A DNA stretch of 64,000 bases, from the IMG/VR virus record IMGVR_UViG_3300030330_006853, one strand, 5' to 3'. Position numbers and translations under genes: made by a program. This document shows, piece after piece, positions 1-9,659 of the stretch (position 1 is its first letter; every line of letters begins with the position of its first letter). The DNA comes from an uncultured virus (IMG/VR IMGVR_UViG_3300030330_006853) (Duplodnaviria; Heunggongvirae; Uroviricota; Caudoviricetes). The notes under the pieces are model-generated. The model was given only the letters and a program-made list of their open reading frames with translations, had not been told where the DNA came from and ran no database searches.

Positions 1-3000
1 CAATGCATTAGAATCATTGTCATTTACCCACTCAGTATACGTGGTTGTTCTGTTTGTCCCTGTAACAGCGTGAATTACTCTTGCATAGTTCCAACCGTTT
101 ACTTGATCTGTTGTTGATACGCGGTATTTTCCAGTTCTGTACAGCTTAGTATAGTCCTTAACACCGTTACTAAACTCAGCGGGAGCAAAAGTGCTTAAAT
201 TTACAAACCCGGAGCCGTTACTTGCGGTAAAGATACCTGTCCCTGACCCTGGATTTCCTGTTCCAACTGATCCGGTGAGAGTCACTACGTGAAGAGTGGC
301 GCCATTGACCTCTAAGGTTAGCGTTCCCGTAAGGGCTTGATCAAACGACTTGGCAACAAAACTAGGAGAACTAGCGGCGACTTGAGGATTGAGGTCTCCT
401 TCAAAAGTAGTAGTGCCATCGAATGTTGCTGCTCGTATGTTGTTGCTGGAAGTCGCTACCTGATAGACTCCATTTACATCTACAGCGGCTCCGATGCCCG
501 CAGAAGCAGCAACAGATGTGTATCCTGATATTGCTTTTGATGCTCCGAACGAGAGCTTTGATGTTACTCCTGTAGAATCAGCATCTATTCTCGATAAAAC
601 AGGCGCCGTGGCAGTAGTTCCAGTTCCAGCCCCGAAGCTTACTTCTATTTCATCAACCTGTCCTGTCCAAGATGCGTCAGCTTCAACTCTCATGCAAATA
701 TACTCGTTATTTGCAATTCCCTGGACACCGAAGTTTGCATTATTTATCGCGTTGAGTGAAGAGTCTAAAGTCCCATCTAAGCATCCATTATTGTCTTCGT
801 AGCTTCCAAAACTAAAAGCAGATGCAAGGTCAAGCCATCCAGTAGATCCAGCGGTTCCGGATGGTATTTTTAAGAAAACTCGTAGTCGACTTGAATTTAG
901 AGCGGTTGAGCTTCCAACAATTGTTCCCCCGCTTCCGCTCATCGCTATTCTAGCTGTATAGTGTGTAAATCCAGTTTCATTTCTAAAGTGCCTGTAAAAA
1001 GTTCTTTGCCCAGACTGGCTTGAGTAGTTTGGATTTCCTGATGGTCCGTGAGTAACGCTTCCTCCATCAGAAGCGTTTCTAAAATCTCCGCCGAAAATAG
1101 TATTTAAAGGAGACCTGAGCGATGAAGAGAAAAACTGAAGTCCGTTGCTATGGCCCCCGTTGCTGGCAGTCATGAACACACTAGAACTCCATGCATTACC
1201 CCCTGACGTTACGTCCGACTGGGTGTTGTAAGAAGCTGACTGTATCCTAAATGTTTCTACCCTAAACTTCTCAACAAGAGCAGTAGAGCTTCCTGACAGG
1301 CCGTACATTAGTATGCCGCTGGCAGATGCTTGACCTCCTGCTGTTAAGTCTGACTTGAATGGATGTGTGACATTGACAGAAGCTGTAACAGAACCGGTAA
1401 GCATTACAGTTTGGCTTATCACGCCTACACCTGTCAGGTGGAGAACCTTGGTATGATTTTCTCCTGCACCGATTGTAGGCTTAGCCTGAGCTGAAATATT
1501 GCAGTTAGTTGTGGTAAATGTAATATTGTTAGTATCGTAAGTGTTTCGATACGCGTTAGAGACAGCGACTTTATATCTCACATTTCCAGAAATAAAATAC
1601 TCAACACCAGATAAATGGACGCTGCCCGACATTTCAGGTGTTGCAGAATTGCCAGATGCAGAAAGCGCATCAGAATTAGAATCATTAACCCATTCAATAA
1701 AATTAGTATTAAGATTTACCCCGTCCGCGAAATGCAAAATTCGAGCATAATTCCAACCGTTTCTTTGACTAGATGTAGAGATTAGATATCTTCCTGTCCT
1801 GTGCTGGAAAAAAGTGAAAGCTGATCCATCTTCTTTAACTGCAGAGCCCGTCGTAGAAAAATTAGTAAAACCTGATCCGGCTGCAGTTAGAAGCTGAGCT
1901 GATCCTGATCCTGGAGGATTAGTGCCAAATGAGGAAGACAAGCTTGCAGTTGCAATGACTGCTCCGTTAACTTCAAGATGAAGATAACCCTGCTCTCCGT
2001 TTCCAAAGCTTTGAGAAACAAAATTTAGGACAGCACCGGAAAGTCCTCTTTCAACATCAGCATTTAGAACACCTGATATACTTTGCGTCAAGTTAAAAGC
2101 TGCTATCCTAATGTTATTACTGCTGGTTGCAACCTGGTATACACCGTTTACGTCAACTGCAGTTCCAAATCCGGCGGAGTTTCCTACGTTCGTATAGCCA
2201 GATATCGAATTGGAGCTTCCAAAAGAAAGCGAAACAGTTTTTCCTGTTGCCATTGCATTAATATCGTCTAAGTTAGGGGCTGGGCTGGGTGCCAACTCCT
2301 TTAGAACTTCATTAATTTTATCTATTGCAACACCCGTGTATGTCTTGTTAGTAAAAGTCGTAAATAAGCCATCGGAATAGTCACCATCCTCGGCTGTCCC
2401 GATAGTTCCTGATATTACAACAGTATTGCTTCCCGCATCTGTGACAATCGCATTGTCAAAAGAGATAGTAGTTACGCTGCTTACAGAAGGTGACCCATCG
2501 TTCTCTTTTACAGTTATGGATCCTCCGCCGCCGCCTCCAGAGGAAGCTATTGTAACCTGGCCGTTTGATGCTGACGTAATTGTTACGTTTGAACCTGCAA
2601 CAAGATAGGTGCGACCGTCTGCAAGACGCGTAAGTGATCCTGAAAGCCCCATCGATGCAGTAACAAATCCCCCAATATGCAAATTACCATCAATAAATGC
2701 AGAGCCTGTAACATTTAAATTTGGGGTAATTCCTACTGGGCCGGTAAATTGAGTTCCGCTTACCGTTGCTACTACAGAGTCATTAATTGCAACAGTGAAA
2801 GCTCCTCCTGAGCCTCCATCAGTAGACGTAATTCCCGTCCCATCAGTAAAAACTCGTTCTCGCGTTAGTGATCCTGTTGCTGTTAGAACCAAGTAGCTAG
2901 CATTTGGATCACCAGCTCCTCCGGTGCCGGTGGACGAAATAGTCACTTGACCATTTGATGACGAAGCTATTGATATATTCTCTCCTGCTAGCAAATAGCT

Positions 3001-4911
3001 TCTTCCGTCAGAAAGCTTCGTCAAAGATCCTGAAAGACCTTGAGCGTGTATCGTTGCTCCTGTAAATCTAGTTCCTGATACTGTTGCAACAACAGAGTTG
3101 TCTATTGCGTAAGTTACCGTGCTGCTGGCTCCAGAAGTGCTTATTCCTGTCCCGCCTGCGAATGTTAAGGCATGAGATGAAGCACTGGCAGTTCCAGAAT
3201 CAGTTGCACCTTGCTTTACAATGTCTTCGTCTAGAGACACATGCCCAGCGGAAACAGTAAAGTCTGCAATTGCAAAAGAAGCAACACCTTTTACAGATGT
3301 TGTCGCATTAGTTCCCGATATCTCAAGCCTTGAGCCGTTTCCTTTAGTTGTAATTCCGGGTCCACCGACTGCGCTAAACCCATGAGATGCGGGCGTAGTA
3401 GTCCCCGAGTCTCCTGATATTGTTTTTACCACGCTGTCTTCGAGATTAAGAACGCCTAGCAGGAAGTCAAAATCGCTGGTGTTTGCAGAAACAGAAAGCG
3501 TCACATTGTTTCCTGCTCCTCCGTCAGTGATAGTGATACCTGAGCTTCCTGATAAAACTCTTTCAGCTGACAGTGTGCCGTTAGTTGCGAGTGTTACATA
3601 CTGTGCATCTGCTGGTGCTCCTGCGGCGCCTGCTAGTAGATCAAACTCAGAACCGCTATCATTTTTGAAATAAAGCTTGCTATCAGAGTTTTTAACATAA
3701 AGCTTGCCGTAGCCAGAAGTTGCCGAGGGTGCACCCGCAACCTCGTCAAGAGATATTGCTCCTTCAACCGTGATCTTCTCATTTGGCGCGGCGGTTCCTA
3801 CACCTAACTGGCCCTTATTGTTAATTGTGACTACTTCTGTTGATCCTGTCAGGAAATTAACTAAGTCTCCTGTGCCATCTTGAGTGACCTTTAGGGTAGT
3901 TTGCGTGTTATTAGCGTTATCATCTTGAAATTGAACTAGAGGCTGGGATCCGCCTTCTGATATATTTCGATACACATACAGCCCGTAGCCAGATGTAATA
4001 TCTTGCTGCAAGAACGCTCCCCCATAACCGGTAGCTTTTATTGCCGGAGAAGACGTTGACTCAGAATCTACAAGCAATCCGAAGTAAGGGCCTGTCTCAT
4101 TTGCATCGATAACAACAGCATCAGCACTATCAGAGGTAGAAGTTTCTACCTCTAGTTTGGCATCAGGAACATAAGTCCCGATTCCTACGTAGCCGCTAGC
4201 TTTTATTCGCATGGCTTCGTTGGGCTGACCTCTGTTATCTGTAGTCTCTTTGGTAAAAAATGCTAAATCACCTTTTGCATAAGAACCACTGTCTTGGTAG
4301 ATGATAGCCGAGCCTACATTATTGTTTGTAGTCCCGAAGGCAATTCCAGCGGATTTTCCATTTGTAGTCGAAGACTGCTGGATATATAGATGAAAAGCTG
4401 AAGGGTCTGTAGTTCCTGTAATGGGATCAAGACTGCTTAAAATTCTAACTTTGCCATCAGGTGTATTCGTTCCGATTGCGACCTGGTCAGAGTTAGTAGT
4501 CAATCGAACAGTTGCAGATCCTCTTGTCCAGCCTCCGGCTGAGCCTGCGCCCGTTGAATTGATCGTAATTTGACCGTCTGATCCTGTCACTATCGTTATG
4601 CTGCTCCCCGCAGAAAGATAAGATCTTCCATCTGCTAAGTTCGTAAGTGAGCCGCTGATTCCACTATTAGCAATGAAACTACCCGAAACGAAAACATCGC
4701 CGCCGAAAGCGGAGACACCAATAGGCTTTGTAGCTGTTTTTCCCCCGATAGAGCCAGATACAAAAAAGTGTGTATCGGTTCCCGGCATCTCTCGACTGCC
4801 GACTCTAAGCTGGTTGCTTCTCACATCAGAGATTGCAGCTTGGGTGCTGACTATGGTTTCTGGTCTTCCTGACTTGGTGTTGACAAGGAACTTTGTGAAC
4901 TTATCGGCCAC
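1..4911 (-). CDS. Very large Ser/Gly/Thr-rich virion/tail-fibre protein, 3'-truncated by the window (>1637 aa); absent from the ORF track
   Basis: Manual translation: GTG at 4911 with AGGAG upstream, MADKFTKFLVNTKSGRPETIV..., open to position 1 (...TEWVNDNDSNAL). It has fibre-like motifs (GYVGIGT, GQLGVGT), three GxSGSLTxLxDGRxYLxAG repeats and a ~558-aa internal duplication. Confidence 0.85.
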   Translation of the reverse strand, partial: MADKFTKFLVNTKSGRPETIVSTQAAISDVRSNQLRVGSREMPGTDTHFFVSGSIGGKTATKPIGVSAFGGDVFVSGSFIANSGISGSLTNLADGRSYLSAGSSITIVTGSDGQITINSTGAGSAGGWTRGSATVRLTTNSDQVAIGTNTPDGKVRILSSLDPITGTTDPSAFHLYIQQSSTTNGKSAGIAFGTTNNNVGSAIIYQDSGSYAKGDLAFFTKETTDNRGQPNEAMRIKASGYVGIGTYVPDAKLEVETSTSDSADAVVIDANETGPYFGLLVDSESTSSPAIKATGYGGAFLQQDITSGYGLYVYRNISEGGSQPLVQFQDDNANNTQTTLKVTQDGTGDLVNFLTGSTEVVTINNKGQLGVGTAAPNEKITVEGAISLDEVAGAPSATSGYGKLYVKNSDSKLYFKNDSGSEFDLLAGAAGAPADAQYVTLATNGTLSAERVLSGSSGITITDGGAGNNVTLSVSANTSDFDFLLGVLNLEDSVVKTISGDSGTTTPASHGFSAVGGPGITTKGNGSRLEISGTNATTSVKGVASFAIADFTVSAGHVSLDEDIVKQGATDSGTASASSHALTFAGGTGISTSGASSTVTYAIDNSVVATVSGTRFTGATIHAQGLSGSLTKLSDGRSYLLAGENISIASSSNGQVTISSTGTGGAGDPNASYLVLTATGSLTRERVFTDGTGITSTDGGSGGAFTVAINDSVVATVSGTQFTGPVGITPNLNVTGSAFIDGNLHIGGFVTASMGLSGSLTRLADGRTYLVAGSNVTITSASNGQVTIASSGGGGGGSITVKENDGSPSVSSVTTISFDNAIVTDAGSNTVVISGTIGTAEDGDYSDGLFTTFTNKTYTGVAIDKINEVLKELAPSPAPNLDDINAMATGKTVSLSFGSSNSISGYTNVGNSAGFGTAVDVNGVYQVATSSNNIRIAAFNLTQSISGVLNADVERGLSGAVLNFVSQSFGNGEQGYLHLEVNGAVIATASLSSSFGTNPPGSGSAQLLTAAGSGFTNFSTTGSAVKEDGSAFTFFQHRTGRYLISTSSQRNGWNYARILHFADGVNLNTNFIEWVNDSNSDALSASGNSATPEMSGSVHLSGVEYFISGNVRYKVAVSNAYRNTYDTNNITFTTTNCNISAQAKPTIGAGENHTKVLHLTGVGVISQTVMLTGSVTASVNVTHPFKSDLTAGGQASASGILMYGLSGSSTALVEKFRVETFRIQSASYNTQSDVTSGGNAWSSSVFMTASNGGHSNGLQFFSSSLRSPLNTIFGGDFRNASDGGSVTHGPSGNPNYSSQSGQRTFYRHFRNETGFTHYTARIAMSGSGGTIVGSSTALNSSRLRVFLKIPSGTAGSTGWLDLASAFSFGSYEDNNGCLDGTLDSSLNAINNANFGVQGIANNEYICMRVEADASWTGQVDEIEVSFGAGTGTTATAPVLSRIDADSTGVTSKLSFGASKAISGYTSVAASAGIGAAVDVNGVYQVATSSNNIRAATFDGTTTFEGDLNPQVAASSPSFVAKSFDQALTGTLTLEVNGATLHVVTLTGSVGTGNPGSGTGIFTASNGSGFVNLSTFAPAEFSNGVKDYTKLYRTGKYRVSTTDQVNGWNYARVIHAVTGTNRTTTYTEWVNDNDSNAL

Positions 4912-4921
4912 TTATTAGCTC

Positions 4922-7900
4922 CTAGGTGCCGTCGAGAAGACTTGCGATATCTAAAGTGTTTTGCTTTTCAGTGACAGGATAATGAAGTCGGTTTCTTGCA
5001 TGACCATCAAAATAGGGCATAGAGCTTGTGCACTCTAAGCTCATATTTGAACACTGTGTGGTCTGGTTTGGCTGCACCTTGATTCTCGAAAGAGTTCTTC
5101 CGTCATTTTCAATCATGCTAAACTTGACGGTTACCGGGCCGTCAGTTACAGAAGTAGGCTCTTGAAACCTGCCGGGCAATAGGCCAGCCCTTCCCTCGAA
5201 ATAAAACTTAGAATCTTTTCTTTGCTCAAGCCTGTCTCGAAACTGCCCGTAGGAGTTGAACCTGTAGATTGACTTTGAATTTTCAGGGAGCGCATTATAA
5301 ACTCCGTATTTCCAGCCTCTTAGATATGTTGCCCCGATCCAGGAGTTGCTTCCAGCGATTCCGTGCACAGACCCTGTCAGAGCAGCAACACCGGACCCTA
5401 CACCATACCAGTATTTATATGCTAAGCTTTGATTCATCGCTGGGATAGAAGGAGCTGGCTTTCTAAAAACTTGCAGCCCAAGGCTGGCACCCTTACTAGT
5501 GAAAGAGACTGAAATATTGTTAGACTTTCTTTCAAAGACAGCATTGTCACTCACCTTCCGGTCTGATATTGAAGTTAATGATCCTTGGGGCTGCCGATTC
5601 AGTCTTGAATAAAAGGGCTCAAACGGAAAAGATCGTAACCACCTGTCATTGCTCTGGAAAACAAAACCGTTGCTCTTATCTAGTTGCGGCCCTAGAAAAA
5701 AGAAGTTCTGGTTCGGTGATCCGTCTTTGCCGTAAACAAGTCCACCGCCGAGACGATAAGTGTCTTCTAGGGTTGGCAAGACAGTGTCGTAATAGCGCTC
5801 ATTACCGTCGATCAATTGCGTTGCACGTAGAAGAGATCCTGATCTGAAGTAATGAATACCCCTGAAACCTGCTGCGTCTACGGAGCCGTCTTTTCCATTT
5901 GCATTAGTGATCATTGATCCAGTAATCACATTTCCTACATAGCTACCTGAGAATTGTGACTTGTATGAGGTCTCGTATTGGTCTAGGCAGTTTGACTCTC
6001 CCATGGGCGACGTAGTGTCTTGAATATCCTCGTGGATAGCATCTGACGTCAAGGGTTGGTTGAGACCGTAGTGAAACTCTTTGTTGTCCTTGACAAAACT
6101 TCCATAAAGAGTTAGCTTATGAGTTCCTGGTGTGAAAGTTAGGCTTGAACCGATCGGTGAGCGGTCTTTAGCATAATCAGAAAATTTCGCCGTCATAGGT
6201 ATCTGGCACCCTAGGACGAGCTTGTCGCTCGGAAGAAGCAAATAGGGCGAGACAATACCTACCTTAGCGGGATCAGGGAGGCGCCATTGGAGGTTATTGA
6301 CTCCGCCAAATATAACATCAGACTCTACAAAAAATTCTTTGTTGCCTTTTATTGTCGAGGAAAGGAATTGACGTAGGCCTGATAATTCTCCACCAAGCCC
6401 TCTTCCTGTAAGCATGCCCAGCCCCTGGCGGCCGGCGCCTTCCCCGAAATCAAGGCCCCTTGAACCAGACACACCCTGTGAATACCTCAGTGTCATGTTA
6501 TATTTTTCTCGATAAACGGAGGGGTTTGAATCTGTTCCATTGTCCTGCCCTACTCCGAGCCCGGGCATTGCTCCCGCTGTAATTCCTGGAACTTTAACAG
6601 CACCGGATATGATCAACTTATTCGGGAGGAAAGATATATTATTCGTGTCTGGGTATTTTGGTGGTGCAAAACCAGAAGCGGCCGCATTAATATTAAGCTC
6701 TTTAGAAATTCTATCTCTAGTTGCAGGAGGTGCCGTCTGAACTACAGGTCCTCCTGTGATTGATGCTTGAAAAAACGTAACTATATCTCTTATTGTGTCC
6801 ACACGAGTTGTGTTGGCCCCTGCAGTAAGTGCAATATCTTGTGGAATAGAAGCAGTAAGCGTTCCGAATTGAATATTTTGATTGAAGCCGAAGGGAGGAG
6901 TGAGCTGCGCATAAGTCCTCTGTAACGCAGGGCTATTAAGAGAAAAACCGTCCCGCTGGTTGAGAAGGAAAAAGCTGAGAACTGCAACGTTGCTAGCAAA
7001 GGAGCTTTGGCCAAAATCAAAAGAGCAGCTTGTTTCAAAAACAATCTTTTCGCAAAGAAAAGGCTGGTTGAGAACTCCGGTCATGTGAAAAACCTGAGAA
7101 CTTGTCGCGTGAAATTTTGGATGATAAGGAAAGCCAAAGTTACTAATTGCAGCTCCGGCTCCTCCTGTGTATTTTATTTGGCCAGTAGCCGGATCTTCGC
7201 CTCGGGTGATGGAGGTGCCTTGATAAATACTGGGCGCAAAACCAAACATTGCCTCTGATAAAAAGTCTTGTCTTGTATATGTTCGAGACGGATTGGTCGC
7301 AGAACCTGAAGTAAAAAAGTCTCTCCCGCGACCGATGCCCTCCCAGCGAGAATTACTAAAATTATAGTATCCCATGGGAAATATCTTGTTAGCACCGCTG
7401 TTTACAAGCATTCCTATACGAGTTTCAACTTGCTGAGAGATATCAATCTCGATCTTTGTCTTAGATCTAAGTGAAGACTTAAATCCCAGGCCTACATCTG
7501 CTGGTGCGCTACCCGTAATATAGAACGGGTCGCTATAAGACGGAAGAGATATAACATGTAAATTTTCTTCTACAAAGGGCTTAAGATCTTCGCCTTTTGT
7601 GAACTGAATATTGGTGTCAGAGATGCCTGCGACAATTTTTCCAGAGCCTTTGAGTGTAGGCCCAGAACTGGGTGATGCGACAAGGTCATTCTGGTAGTAA
7701 GAGCCAGAGAGCGCTGCAGCTCCAAATGTGACATTTGATGAATTTCCGAAAACCAGAGTTTTTCTGTCGTCAAACTTAGCGTTGTAAACTCCTGTTCTTG
7801 AGTCGCCAGTTCGAGCTGTTGTAGGATACGACCCCGTCTTAGAGTCTCGAATACTAAGAACATTTCTAGGCAAGAGCGATATCATACCTGATCTTTTGTG

Positions 7901-8719
7901 CTGTTCTTGACTTAAGAATCCCGTTTTTACACCGTTCTTCACATCATAAAGGGCTGCAACGTCCGTAGCCGACAAAACTCTACCCGACCAGATGGCAAAT
8001 TCGTAAAAAGAAGGAGTTTGGTTTTGTGCATCTGCCCCCACAAGAGTTACTGAGCCCACTCTAATTGACGCCGATGTATTAGTCATTGCGGTGTAGCTAG
8101 AGAATACAGCTCCAGAAGTAGAAAGCGCAGTGCCATTAAGATAAAATGTGCCTCGGTCGCCTATTGTCGAGGCCGATGCATTGTAAGTTAAGACTATGTG
8201 CATCCATTGGTCGACTACTAGGGGTGCTGATGCTCCGGTAATTTCCAAGTTTTTGGCGAAGTTATTATTGCTAAAGAGGCGCGCCTTCAGAGTGCTTGCT
8301 CCGGTTGAAAAGATTTGATACTCAATATTGCCGACGTCAACCTTTGAAATAAGATTGTTGTCGCCAGACAAGGCATCTAGCTTTATCCAGAGGCTCATGC
8401 TAAAGCTTGTGTCTGAAGATCCGTCACCAAAAGACAGGTCAGCAGCGTCTTCAATCTTTACCGGGTGGGGCTTGCTAAGTTCAACCGTAGATCTAAGATT
8501 ATTCAGGCCCGAATTAACGAGAGGGCCAGAATTAGGTCTCAGCATTGCCAAGTCGGCTTCGATTAAATGCGCGCCTGTCCCTTGATCATCAAACTGCTTG
8601 CTCTCATCAGCCCGGGTCCACAAGATTAGGTTTCCAGCGGTGTAGGCGTGTCCGTTAGCTGAAGTGAAATTTCGGGTTAAGTCATATTTGATCTTTGTTA
8701 GCTCAACAACTTTAGGCAT
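4922..8719 (-). CDS. Large virion structural protein with an N-terminal LamG/concanavalin-A-like domain
   Basis: FSMSLWIK...WMHIVLTY...FYLNG...FAIWSGRVLSATDVAALY is a LamG-like pattern. The likely start is ATG 8719 (GGAGG upstream) rather than TTG 8737. It lies in the baseplate block. Confidence 0.75.
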   Translation of the reverse strand: MPKVVELTKIKYDLTRNFTSANGHAYTAGNLILWTRADESKQFDDQGTGAHLIEADLAMLRPNSGPLVNSGLNNLRSTVELSKPHPVKIEDAADLSFGDGSSDTSFSMSLWIKLDALSGDNNLISKVDVGNIEYQIFSTGASTLKARLFSNNNFAKNLEITGASAPLVVDQWMHIVLTYNASASTIGDRGTFYLNGTALSTSGAVFSSYTAMTNTSASIRVGSVTLVGADAQNQTPSFYEFAIWSGRVLSATDVAALYDVKNGVKTGFLSQEQHKRSGMISLLPRNVLSIRDSKTGSYPTTARTGDSRTGVYNAKFDDRKTLVFGNSSNVTFGAAALSGSYYQNDLVASPSSGPTLKGSGKIVAGISDTNIQFTKGEDLKPFVEENLHVISLPSYSDPFYITGSAPADVGLGFKSSLRSKTKIEIDISQQVETRIGMLVNSGANKIFPMGYYNFSNSRWEGIGRGRDFFTSGSATNPSRTYTRQDFLSEAMFGFAPSIYQGTSITRGEDPATGQIKYTGGAGAAISNFGFPYHPKFHATSSQVFHMTGVLNQPFLCEKIVFETSCSFDFGQSSFASNVAVLSFFLLNQRDGFSLNSPALQRTYAQLTPPFGFNQNIQFGTLTASIPQDIALTAGANTTRVDTIRDIVTFFQASITGGPVVQTAPPATRDRISKELNINAAASGFAPPKYPDTNNISFLPNKLIISGAVKVPGITAGAMPGLGVGQDNGTDSNPSVYREKYNMTLRYSQGVSGSRGLDFGEGAGRQGLGMLTGRGLGGELSGLRQFLSSTIKGNKEFFVESDVIFGGVNNLQWRLPDPAKVGIVSPYLLLPSDKLVLGCQIPMTAKFSDYAKDRSPIGSSLTFTPGTHKLTLYGSFVKDNKEFHYGLNQPLTSDAIHEDIQDTTSPMGESNCLDQYETSYKSQFSGSYVGNVITGSMITNANGKDGSVDAAGFRGIHYFRSGSLLRATQLIDGNERYYDTVLPTLEDTYRLGGGLVYGKDGSPNQNFFFLGPQLDKSNGFVFQSNDRWLRSFPFEPFYSRLNRQPQGSLTSISDRKVSDNAVFERKSNNISVSFTSKGASLGLQVFRKPAPSIPAMNQSLAYKYWYGVGSGVAALTGSVHGIAGSNSWIGATYLRGWKYGVYNALPENSKSIYRFNSYGQFRDRLEQRKDSKFYFEGRAGLLPGRFQEPTSVTDGPVTVKFSMIENDGRTLSRIKVQPNQTTQCSNMSLECTSSMPYFDGHARNRLHYPVTEKQNTLDIASLLDGT

Positions 8720-9650
8720 AGTATCTCTTGCCTCCAAAAGCTATTGAGTCAGTTCCTTCAGGATTATTAAATACAAATCCTGATGTTGCAACCTTTGTTG
8801 CTGGAGGTGGAAATATTTCTGTGTCTGGGCTCATTTCCGCTACTTTTCCGATAATATCAGAGTTTTGTTGTCCTACTTCTGTGTCATTACCTTTATTAAG
8901 ATAGCCGTTATCGTTAAAAGGACGAATCTTTCGGGTGTCTTCAAATATCGGATCATCCAACCTAATACTAGCAGTCAAAAGAAATCCAAAGTGCTCTGGC
9001 GCATCAAAGAAAGCGGAGATTCCTGATCCTGTTTTTTGATTTATGAGGCGCGAGATGATCGTAGTGTGCCCGTAAGAGTCTTGACATCCATCCATTAGCG
9101 ATGCACGAATATCATGAGGCTCAAGCCGTGGGTCGAGAGACGTGAAAGTTGCAGGTCCTCGAATTGCTAGCGGTTCTATGACCCCGTCTTCAAGATCCAG
9201 GTTCTTATAGCTGGGATTATCTCCTACGACAGGATAAGATATCGATGATCCAAGCCCGTTTACAAAAGATATAGGCCCACCGTCCGCAGTGATTCCAGAG
9301 ACGGTAACAGTTTCGAGGGTAGGCATATCAGTAAAGGGCGTAAAGTCCTTAAACGAATCTTCTTCGCCAAATTGGTGAAACTCTATTACATTGTCTTCTC
9401 TTCCGGAATAAAGCCTGGGAAGTGCTCTTTTTTGTGCAACGAATGCATTATTGATGCTCACACCCTGTCGAAAGGGATCAGTAGAAGAAATATTAGAACC
9501 GCTTATGCTTCCTGACACATATCCTGAAGCATGTGGATTGTAGGTTGCGGGCAAATTCCTCTTTGTGTCTCTATAGGCTGACAGTGCTCTTATTGACCCG
9601 CTTATCTGCGTGGATCTTCCAAATCTGTCTGTAAAAGGCGTAAAAATCAT
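8712..9650 (-). CDS. Hypothetical virion structural protein
   Basis: 312-aa ORF overlapping the downstream gene in the structural operon; contains SGS motifs. Confidence 0.65.
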   Translation of the reverse strand: MIFTPFTDRFGRSTQISGSIRALSAYRDTKRNLPATYNPHASGYVSGSISGSNISSTDPFRQGVSINNAFVAQKRALPRLYSGREDNVIEFHQFGEEDSFKDFTPFTDMPTLETVTVSGITADGGPISFVNGLGSSISYPVVGDNPSYKNLDLEDGVIEPLAIRGPATFTSLDPRLEPHDIRASLMDGCQDSYGHTTIISRLINQKTGSGISAFFDAPEHFGFLLTASIRLDDPIFEDTRKIRPFNDNGYLNKGNDTEVGQQNSDIIGKVAEMSPDTEIFPPPATKVATSGFVFNNPEGTDSIAFGGKRYYA

Positions 9651-9659
9651 TTATCCCTC

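Noticed and set aside
337..4918. Short plus-strand ORFs in the track (also those throughout the window, except 51234..51485)
   Set aside because: They are antisense shadows of long minus-strand genes, with no recognisable motifs.
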